Source of the DNA: Macrostomum lignano
Lineage: Eukaryota
Direction of reading: 5' to 3'
DNA length: 64,000 nt
NCBI GenBank assembly: GCA_002269645.1
Contig: NIVC01001321.1
Coordinates: 28,858 to 92,857, forward strand
Shown: piece after piece, positions 1 to 9,868 of the stretch
Position numbering within the stretch: the first letter of the stretch is position 1
Layout: each line of letters begins with the position of its first letter
The notes under the pieces: model-generated
What the model was told of the DNA's origin: nothing
Seen by the model: only the letters and a program-made list of their open reading frames with translations
Database searches by the model: none
Translations under genes and position numbers: made by a program

Positions 1-990
1 ACATCACTGATTTCCCTGTTGTTCATCACTGATTCCCTGTTGTTCATCACTGATTTCCCTGTTGTCCATCACCGATTTCCCTGTTGTTCATCACTGATTT
101 CCCTGTTGTCCATCACCGATTTCCCTGTTGTTCATCACTGATTTCCCTGTTGTACATCACTGATTTCCCTGTTGTACATCACTGATTTCCCTGTTGTTCA
201 TCACTGATTTCCCTGTTGTCCATCACTGATTTCCCTGTTGTCCATCACTGATTTCCCTGTTGTACATCACTGATTTCCTTGTTGTCCATCACCGATTTCC
301 CTGTTGTACATCACCGATTTCCCTGTTGTACATCACTGATTTCCCTGTTGTTCATCACTGATTTCCCTGTTGTCCATCACCGATTTCCCTGTTGTTCATC
401 ACTGATTTCCCTGTTGTACATCACTGATTTCCCTGTTGTACATCACCGATTTCCCTGTTGTACATCACTGATTTCCCTGTTGTCCATCACTGATTTCCCT
501 GTTGTCCATCACCGATTTCCCTGTTGTACATCACTGATTTCCCTGTTGTACATCACTGATTTCCCTGGATGCCACTGATTTCCCTGTTGTCCATCACTGA
601 TTTCCCTGTTGTACATCACTGATTTCCCTGTTGTCCATGTCCAATCCGCAGTTGTCCGTATCCAATTCCCCTGCTGTCCATATCCAATTCCCCTGTTGTC
701 CGTATCCAATTCCCCTGTTGTCCATATCCAATTCCCCTGTTGTCCATATCCAATTCCCCTGTTGTCCATATCCAATTCCCCTGCTGTCCATATCCAATTC
801 CCCTGTTGTCCATATCCAATTCCCCTGTTGTCCATATCCAATTCCCCTGCTGTCCATATCCAATTCCCCTGTTGTCCATATCCAATTCCCCTGTTGTCCA
901 TATCCAATTCCCTGCTGTCCATATCCAATTCCCCTGTTGTCGATATACAATTCCCCTGTTGTCCATATCCAATTCCCCTGTTGTCCACAT
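1..990. repeat. Bipartite 22-bp minisatellite: CATCACTGATTTCCCTGTTGTH (1-~625), then TCCATATCCAATTCCCCTGTTG (~626-990)
   Basis: Direct tandem units visible; the two halves share TTCCC(C)TGTTGT. Runs off the left edge of the window. Confidence 0.97.
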
Positions 991-1359
991 ACATGTGCAA
1001 CCTCCAAAATTCGGTCAGCCGTGCGACTTAGTTTTAACAAAAATGCGACGTAGTTTTTGGCCAAAAATGCGACTTACATATAAAAAAACCCGAAAGCAAA
1101 ATTAACGCAACTTTGGGTAAACGGCAGGAGTAACTATGACTGTTTTATTAAGCTAAAATGCCTCGTCAGCTACTTAGTACTACTCTTCAGGTTATTTTTT
1201 GGGTGGGCATTTTTGCGACTTCCTTGATTGGCCGCCAAATCGTCGGCCGGATCGGCCGACTCGGCCGACTGTTGCGCATGTATGGTTGTCCATATCCAAT
1301 CCCCCTGCTGTCCATGTCTAATTGTCCACAAACTTCATGCGCTGAAGCCTCCAGCAGCC

Positions 1360-4300
1360 ATGCGCATTCGAGTCTACCGCAGCGCGCGCAACGCTCTACT
1401 TATAGCTGTCGGCCTAGCAGTAGTATATCTGTTTGTTCGCGCATCAGCAGAAGCGACTATCCGAGTCCCGATAGCGCCAATGAGCGGCGCGCCGATGGCG
1501 CCGTGATCGCGGATACTGGCGCCGCTAAAAAGCTCGGTCAAGGAGACGATCATCGACGGGATCCAGTGGCCAACAATCCGCCCGCTAATCCGGTGGCGCC
1601 GTCGCGGCAAGCCGCGCTAGTGGTGTCGTCGGATCACGACGAGTTTGTCGAAGCGCCGCCCGCCGACTCAGCCGACGGTGGCGACGCCCTGCAGCTGGTG
1701 GACTGGCACGATCACAAGGCCATCGCCAAGGAAAAGCAGCGGAAAGGCCCGGGTAGGCTGGGGCAGTCGTTATTGTCACGGATAAGTCATTCGATCTGAT
1801 TCCTGATCATTATAATCTCAAAAGTTTAATAAAGTCATTTTACTTGATCTAAATCCTAATAAAAAATGCGCAAATGCGAATCCTAATCCCCATACAAATT
1901 CAATAAATCCCATAGTAATCCTTACTTATCCCAGTCTTAATCCTTACTAATCCCAGTTATAATCCTTATTCTTATCCCTGTTATAATCCTTATTCTACAC
2001 TTTTTTGCATTCAATTTCAGCAAGCTGGCATTCAATTTCAGCAAGCTGGCATTCAAAATCGGCAATCTGCATTCAATAGTATATTAGGCGCCCGAGGGAT
2101 TTCTCATTATCGCCCGCAAAGCCTGGGTAATACTGTGATTGTACCATAGACTATGTGGCTGACTTATACGAGCGCATGAGCTGCATTGAGGAATATGGGC
2201 ATGGGGGTGTGGCGGGCAAATGATGGGGGTGCGGGGCGAAGCCCCCACATTTCAACCGTAGACACAATGATTTAGTGATCAACTATACAGTTCAATTATA
2301 AGAGAAAGAATAAAGCAAAGGTTAAAAATACATGAAATGGAAATAATCCATTATCGGCCCGACTTTTCGGGCCAAAATGAAATCGTCTATGGCAATAATC
2401 GAATATCAGCCCGCCCGATAGCCACGTAGTCATGGTACAATTTAATTTTGTCTCAAACTTGTCTGCTCGTCTATGGGTAAACTTTATTGACGCGTGCAGA
2501 TTTAGCATTCAATTTCGGCAATCTGCATTCAAATTCAGCAAAACACATTCGATTTCCACAACAGACGAGTGTTCAATTTCGTGTACAGTTTACATCCAAA
2601 GAGGCTTTGTCGATCCTTTCATTTCACTTCACCCCAGCTTTCTGTTTTCTTCGACTGCAAGTGTAGATATCGAGCATAGATATGAGTGACGATGAGATCA
2701 TTGAAGAACAAGCTGTGACGAAGAAATTGAGTCAGAAGAAGATGGTCGAGGACCATACGCACGAGTTTCTGACGGAGATAGAGCCCGCCTTATCGATGCC
2801 CACGAAACAGGGCAGGACTATTTACAACTTGCAGAGCTCATGAACATCAAGAGAGCCACCGCCTATTCAATAGTTCGATCAGGCCGTCGATATAAACGAC
2901 CCATGGGCGGAAGGCGTACTCAAAGTTCGATGAGGAGATGCGCTGATGCGCTTCGCCGATCTAACAGTGAACGACAGCGTCAGTCAGGACAGGTGTCTCC
3001 AGTGGTACAATCACTGCTTCAGCTTTGTACCGAGAGCCTGGCCAGGATGCACATCAATGGGGACTGAAGGGCCACACTTGACGTGACTTCGATTTTCTGC
3101 TTTTGTTCCCTATGACACTGTACATGTATTGGACGACATTTGTTTCGTTTTGCGTTTAGTTACTAAAATTTTGCTGAATTTGAATGCAGATTGCCGAAAT
3201 TGAGTGCAAAATCTGCACGCGTCAATAAAGTTTACTCATAGACGAGCAGACAAGTTTGAGACAAAATTAAATTGAATTTAGATTGCCGATTTTGAATGAC
3301 AGCTTGCTGAAACTGAATGCGACTTTGGTTGAAATTGAATGCAAAAAGGTGTAATCCCTATTCTAATCCCAGTTATAATCCTTTTTCTAATCCCTGTTAT
3401 AATCCTTATTCTAATCCCAGTTATAATCCTTATTCTAATCCCAGTTATAATCCTTATTCTAATCCCAGTTATGATCCTTATTCTAATCCCTGTTATAATC
3501 CCTATTCTAATCCCAGTAATAATCCTTATTCTAATCCCAGTCATAATCATAATACAAGTGTGTGTATTATCCCAAGACGTATACTAATCCTAAACCCTAT
3601 TCATATCCCGAATACCAAATCCCAATCCCATATCCCTAATTTTAAAATGGAATTCGATCAGCCCAGCCTCTCAAGCGCCATATTTGCCACCTATAAAATC
3701 TGAGTTTTATCCCACAAACCCCACAGGCGAGCAGGGGCTGGCCTACAACCTGCCGGCCGACCAGGACAAGGCGGAAGTGGACCGGCTCTACCGGGCCAAC
3801 GGCTACAACGGCTACTTGAGCGACCGGCTGTCTCTCTACCGATCTATTAAAGACTTGAGGCATCCGCAGTGCCTGACGCAGAAGTACCGGCGAAAGCTGC
3901 CCACAGCTGCCATTGTTATACCCTTCCATAATGAGCACTTCTCAACGCTGCTCAGGACTGTTGTGTCCTGTCGGCATCGGGCGCCGAGGGAACTGCTGAA
4001 GGAGATTATTCTGGGTGAGTTGGGCTCTTCTGGAATATTCCTTAGCACCATGACATCACTGCATACCCTACTTGAGTATCCCTGAACACCTTGTTTGAGT
4101 ACCTGAACATCCTTCTTGAGTACCTATAGGCACCCTACCTTGGTACCTTTAACACCCTTTTTCAGAGTTTTATAACCTCTGAACGCTTCCACCTGAGCAC
4201 CCTACCCATTCCTCCACCTGAGCACCCTACCAATTACCCTACCTGAGCACCCTACCCATTCCTCCATCTGAGCACCCTACCCTTTCCTCCACCTGAGCAC

Positions 4301-6923
4301 CCTACCCATTCCTCCACCTGAGCACCCTACCAATTACTCTACCTGAGCACCCTACCCATTCCTCCACCTGAGCACCCTACCAATTACTCTACCTGAGCAC
4401 CCTACCCATTCTTCCACCTGAGCACCCTACCCATTCTTCCACCTGAGCACCCTACCAATTACCCTACCTGAGCACCCTACCCATTCCTCCACCTGAGCAC
4501 CCTACCAATTACTCTACCTGAGCACCCTACCCATTCCTCCACCTGAGCACCCTACCAATTACTTTACCTGAGCACCCTACCCATTCCTCCACCTGAGCAC
4601 CCTACCAATTACTCTACTTGAGCACCCTACCCATTCCTCCACCTGAGCACTACCAATTACTCTACCTGAGCACCCTACCAATTACTCTACCTGAGCACCC
4701 TACCCATTCCTCCACCTGAGCACTACCAATTACTCTACCTGAGCACCCTACCAATTACTCTACCTGAATGCCTTTGGCCGACCTCTCCCACAGTGGACGA
4801 CAACAGCAGCAAGCCGGAGCTGAAGACCCCCCTAGACGACTACCTGAAGGCGCACTTCGACAACGTATTCGTAGTCCGCGCCAAGCGCCGCGAAGGCCTC
4901 ATACGAGCTCGCCTGCTGGGCGCCGAGCGGGTCACGGCCGACACCTTCATAGTGCTGGACTCGCACTGCGAGTGCGGCATCAACTGGCTGCCGCCGCTGC
5001 TCGACCCCATCGCCGAGAACTGGCGCACCGCCGTCTGTCCGTTTGTCGACATCATTGACTTCGACAATTATGAGATCCGGCCGCAGGACGAAGGCGCCCG
5101 CGGCTCCTGGGACTGGCAGTTCTTCTACAAGCGGCTGCCGCTGCTGCCGGAGGACCGCCTGCACCCGGCCAGGCCGTTCGCCAGCCCCGTGATGGCCGGT
5201 GGCCTCTTCGCCATCAGCACGAAATTCTTTCGCGAGCTGGGCGGCTACGACCCCGGCCTGGATATCTGGGGCGGCGAGCAGTACGAGCTGAGCTTCAAGA
5301 TCTGGCAGTGCCACGGCCGCATGCTGGACGCTCCTTGCTCCCGGGTGGCGCACATCTATAGGAAATTCGCACCCTTCCCGAATCCCGGCATTGGCGACTT
5401 TCTGGGCAGGAATTTCAAACGGGTGGCCGAGGTGAGGCTTGATTGATGGTAGCCTTAAGCTTGGTTCGAGTTTTGTTTATGGCACTAAGTCCAGAATAGA
5501 TGTACTTTTATTGCTGATTGTATCTAAGTCTAAGATAATTGTACTTTTGTTGCTGATTTCTATCAAAGTATAAGATGGGTGTACTTTTATTGCCGAAGAT
5601 GGGTGTACTTTTATTGCCGATGGTACCCAAGTCTAAGGTGGGTGTACTTTTTATTGCCGATGGTACCCAAGTCTAAGATAAGTGTACTTTTATTGCCGAT
5701 GGTACCCAAGTCTAAGATGGGTGTACTTTTATTGCCGATGGTACCCAAGTCTAAGATGGGTGTACTTTTATTGCCGATGGTACCCAAGTCTAAGATGGGT
5801 GTACTTTTGTTGCCGATGGTGCCCTGTACCCAAGTCTAGAGTGAACGGTTGTACTTTTTGATGGTTACCAAGTATAGGATGAATGTAGGATGCTGATAGT
5901 ACCAAGTCTACATGTATGATGGATGTACTTTTATTGCTGATGGTAGATCCAAGCTTACGATGGATGTACTTTTATTGATGATGCCGAAGTCTTTGATGTG
6001 ATGCACTTTTATTAATGACGCGCAAGTCTAGAATAAGTAAGTACGGACTTTTAACAATAGACAGACAAACTTTATGTTCACGTGAAGTCATCAAACAGTG
6101 CCGCTCCCAACCAACCGCAGGTGTGGATGGACGAGTACAAAGAGTACTTGTACAAGCGCAAGCAGCCCTACTACAGCAACGTTCAAACCGGCAACATCAC
6201 CGCCCAGAAGGAGATCCGCCGTCGGCTGAAGTGCAAAAGTTTCCGCTGGTTCATGGAGAAGGTGGCCTTCGACCAGCCCAAGCATTTCCCCCTGGTGGAG
6301 CCCGCGCCGGCCGCCAGCGGTGAGGTAAAAAATGTCGGCAACGGGCTCTGCTTGGATACGAAATTTCGAGGCGAGCACGCCAAGATTGAGGTTGACAAGT
6401 GCCTGGGCGACGGGGGCAAGGCGAACAAAGACTGGTGCTGACCTACCGGAAGGATATCCGGCCGGACAAGAAAGACGTCTGCTTCGATGTGCCAAACAAT
6501 GCTGATAGGGCGCCGGTTATTCTGTTTGGCTGCCACGGATTTCAGGGCAACCAGTGGTGGAAACTGATCGTCAACACTGGACAGGTAAATGGTGTTGTTT
6601 CGATACATATCGGGATATTTGTTGTTGTGTGTTTCGATTCATATCGGGATATCAGTAATTGTTTCGATACATATCGGGATATTTGTTGTTGTTTCGATAC
6701 ATATCGGGATATTTGTTGTAAGCCTAACCTAACTTTCCAACTTCGCTAGTTGAAGCATCCGGTGACCGACAAGTGCCTGGACTCGGACAAGGCGACCCGC
6801 GAGGTGTTCGTCAGCTACTGCGATCCGGCCAAAGACACCCAGCGCTGGAAATGGCAGTTCGTGAACGCCACGCTGGCTAACGGAGACGCCGCCCTGCCGG
6901 ACGGCGAGCTGCGCATGAACTGA
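1360..6923 (+). CDS. GALNT10: Polypeptide N-acetylgalactosaminyltransferase, GALNT10/pgant6-like (paralogue A); exons 1360-1752, 3727-4014, 4794-5431, 6121-6584, 6750-6923; two -1 frameshifts as assembled (~1445-1500 and 6412-6416)
   Basis: N-terminal type II TM ([27 protein letters not shown]), stem DWHD...GPGEQG, GT-A fold IIL|[39 protein letters not shown], ricin-lectin repeats CLD/CFD...[11 protein letters not shown]...QRW. All four introns are GT-AG with matching phases (1,1,0,0). Confidence 0.92.
1998..3351 (+). mobile_element. Non-autonomous Tc1/mariner (IS630-Tc1-mariner) deletion derivative with long TIRs and TA target duplication
   Basis: Left end TA|CACTTTTTTGCATTCAATTTCA; right end TGAAATTGAATGCAAAAAGGTG|TA. 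The inverted repeat continues at ~2438-2545 vs ~3170-3275. Internal frame ~2741-2900 encodes a Tc1-like HTH ([39 protein letters not shown]); no DDE/D domain is present. Confidence 0.85.
2144..2435. mobile_element. Small MITE nested in the left TIR of the Tc1-like element
   Basis: TA|CCATAGACTATGTGGCT ... AGCCACGTAGTCATGG|TA (16-17 bp imperfect TIR, TA flanks); the region is absent from the right TIR. Confidence 0.65.
4190..4766. repeat. 25-bp minisatellite ACCTGAGCACCCTACC(CATTCCTCC/AATTACTCT) in GALNT-A intron 2
   Basis: About 23 units of two alternating variants. Confidence 0.97.
5490..5990. repeat. 39-bp minisatellite GTACTTTTATTGCCGATGGTACCCAAGTCTAAGATGGGT in GALNT-A intron 3
   Basis: Period 39 (GGTACC at 5701 and 5740); degenerate copies at both ends. 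Confidence 0.93.
6595..6718. repeat. ~30-bp repeat GTTTCGATACATATCGGGATATTTGTTGTT x3-4 in GALNT-A intron 4
   Basis: Direct tandem copies fill most of the 165-bp intron. Confidence 0.9.
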
Positions 6924-7064
6924 ACGCGATTAGGGGCAGTGAGCACTGCTCTCTTGTTCCTGATCTGTCCCTGCAATGACTGGCCCTAATCTGCCATTAT
7001 AAATCCTTCATAATCCTTAATAAAGTCTTCCTTGATCCTCTTTCAACGGTCTCCCTAATTCTCT

Positions 7065-7300
7065 CTCAAAGGCCTCCCTAATCCTCTCTTAAAGGCCTCC
7101 CTAATCCTCTCTCAAAGGCCTCCCTAATCTTCCCTCAAAGGCCTCCCTAATCCTCTCTCAAAGGCCTCCCTAATCCTCTCAAAGCCTCCTCAATTCTCTC
7201 TCAAAGGCCTCCCTAATCCTCTCTCAAGGGCCTCTCTAATCCTCTCTTAAAGGCCTTAATTCTCTCTTAAAGCCCTCCCTAATCCTCTCTTAAAGACCCT
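7065..7300. repeat. 23-bp minisatellite AGGCCTCCCTAATCCTCTCTCAA downstream of GALNT-A
   Basis: About 10 units just after an AATAAA at 7019-7024. Confidence 0.93.
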
Positions 7301-8324
7301 AATTCGCCCTCTTCTAATACTAGTTTTCATGAAGCAGTGCTTGCGATCGATATAATGGAATCTCGCTGGCTGTTTTGAAAGCAGCGCAGGCGTAACCGAG
7401 GCCAAACATGACGATTCTAGTTTCTGCTGCTGCCTTGCAAGATTAGTTTGTCTTTTATTAATTTTAACCTGACTCATGCGACTTAACTACTGGATTTATG
7501 ACAGTTTTCATTTATCTTAGTTTTCTTAGAACTACGTGCCTTTATAGTTTTTGTTTGCTCTTGTTTATCGCCGATGGGCTTAGGCTGGGTCTTAGCGACA
7601 GAAATCATATATCTGACCTTATCTGTTTTTTTTAACTGGTTCACTTTTTTGTACTCTTTACATATACAATCTTTTTTCTATGGAGGTCACTACCGTGTTT
7701 GCCTTTTTATGCTATGATATGATATATGAACTTGCCTGTTTTGCACTTTTATTGAGCTGGTTGTTGATTAGTTTCGCTTTATGTCGGTTTTTTGCGCTTT
7801 TTATCACTTTGGGCTGCTTCCCTGACATTTTTTGGTGATGCTTTTCTGAGGTGAGGCGTTTGCTGTCAAAGTCACAATTTCTGATTTCTTATTGAAACCT
7901 GTGCAAAGTGCCTCTCCACTGGCCTGGCTGCATATGAGCGCATCTTCCATGCCAAAAGGTTTGTCACACAAAAATACATGTGCTCGTAAATTATATGCCG
8001 CAGCGTTATTTATTGACAGTTAAAATTAACAATAACAATAACTAACAATCCTCCGCGAGAGTTCAGCGTCTTGTTCTATTTCTGGTATATTAATCAGTCC
8101 ATTGTTGGCACTTGGCGCTGTGTGTGAGTTGATTTTCAGTAAGGCACATCAATTATTGATATTCCAGTGCAAATTCAAAATGCATTTTAGAAGGCATACG
8201 CAGAGATTCTTGGTGATTCACATTCAAGAAATCGGATAAATATTTGTGGCCAAAGTAAAAATATCACTGTGAATTTCACATACAGTTAGACAGGTGTGAA
8301 AGCGGTGATTGAGATACTGATAAC

Positions 8325-9790
8325 AGATACTTTAGCTGTCTAACAGGAAATTCAGCTATCTAACAGGTAATTCAGCTGTCTAACAGTTAATTCAGCTGTC
8401 TAACAGTTAATTCAGCTGTCTAACAGATAATTCAGCTGTCTGAGAAAATTAAGCTGTCTAGCAGGTAATTCAGCTGTCTTAACAGGTAATTCAGCTGTCT
8501 AGCAGGTAATTCAGCTGTCTTAACAGGTAATTCAGCTGTCTAACAGGTAATTCAGCTGTCTAGCAGGTAATTCAGCTGTCTGACAGGTACTTTAGCTGTC
8601 TGACAGGTAATTCAGCTGTCTAACAGGTAATTCAGCTGTCTGACAGGTAATTCAGCTGTCTAACAGGTAATTCAGCTGTCTGACAGGTAATTCAGCTGTC
8701 TGACAGGTAATTCAGCTGTCTAACAGGTAATTCAGCTGTCTTAACAGGTAATTCAGCTGTCTAACAGGTAATTCAGCTGTCTAGCAGGTAATTCAGCTGT
8801 CTTAACAGGTAATTCAGCTGTCTGACAGGTAATTCAGCTGTCTTAACAGGTAATTCAGCTGTCTAACAGGTAATTCAGCTGTCTAGCAGGTAATTCAGCT
8901 GTCTGACAGGTACTTTAGCTGTCTGACAGGTAATTCAGCTGTCTGACAGGTAATTCAGCTGTCTGACAGGTAATTCAGCTGTCTAACAGATAATTCAGCT
9001 GTCTGACAGGTAATTCAGCTGTCTGACAGGTACTTTAGCTGTCTAACAGATACCTCAGCTGTCTAACACAAACCTTAGCTGTCTAACAGATACCTCAGCT
9101 GTCTAACACAAACCTCAGCTGTCTAACACATACCTCAGCTGTCTAACACAAACCTCAGCTGTCTAACAGATACCTCAGCTGTCTAACACAAACCTCAGCT
9201 GTCTAACAGATACCTCATCTGTCTAACGCAAACCTCAGCTGTCTAACACATACCTCAGCTGTCTAACAGATACCTCAGCTGTCTAACACAAACCTCAGCT
9301 GTCTAGCACAAACAGCTGTCTAACACATACCTCAGCTGTCTAACACAAACCTCAGCTGTCTAACACAAACCTCAGCTGTCTAGCACAAACAGCTGTCTAA
9401 CAGATACCTCAGCTGTCTAACAGATACCTCAGCTGTCTAACACAAACCTCAGCTGTCTAACAGATACCTCAGCTGTCTAACACAAACCTCAGCTGTCTAA
9501 CACATACCTCAGCTGTCTAACAGATACCTCAGCTGTCTAACACAAACCTCAGCTGTCTAGCACAAACAGCTGTCTAACACATACCTCAGCTGTCTAACAC
9601 AAACCTCAGCTGTCTAATACAAACCTCAGCTGTCTAGCACAAACAGCTGTCTAACACATACCTCAGCTGTCTAACACAAACCTCAGCTGTCTAACAGATA
9701 CCTCAGCTGTCTAACACAAACCTCAGCTGTCTAACAAAAACCTCAGCTGTCTAGCACAAACAGCTGTCTAACAGATACCTCAGCTGTCTA
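8325..9790. repeat. Bipartite 20-bp minisatellite: AACAGGTAATTCAGCTGTCT (8325-~9050), then AACASAWACCTCAGCTGTCT (~9050-9790)
   Basis: About 70 units between the convergent GALNT genes; invariant core TCAGCTGTCT. Confidence 0.97.
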
Positions 9791-9868
9791 CCACAAGTTG
9801 AAACCCACAGCCCACCTGTTCAACAGGTCAGTTAACCGCAATGAAAGCGGGGAGGGGCAATAAATCAA

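Larger units (their letters stand above)
1905..3560. repeat. 24-bp minisatellite TATTCTAATCCCAGTTATAATCCT, split into 1905-1997 and 3352-3560 by a transposon insertion
   Basis: Same unit on both sides of the 1998-3351 element, inside GALNT-A intron 1. Confidence 0.9.

Noticed and set aside
279-1105. Long Gly/Gln/Trp-rich or Cys/Pro-rich ORFs (GYGQQGNW, FPCCPYP repeats)
   Set aside because: They are translations of the 22-bp array and are open in several frames on both strands; no unique coding sequence.
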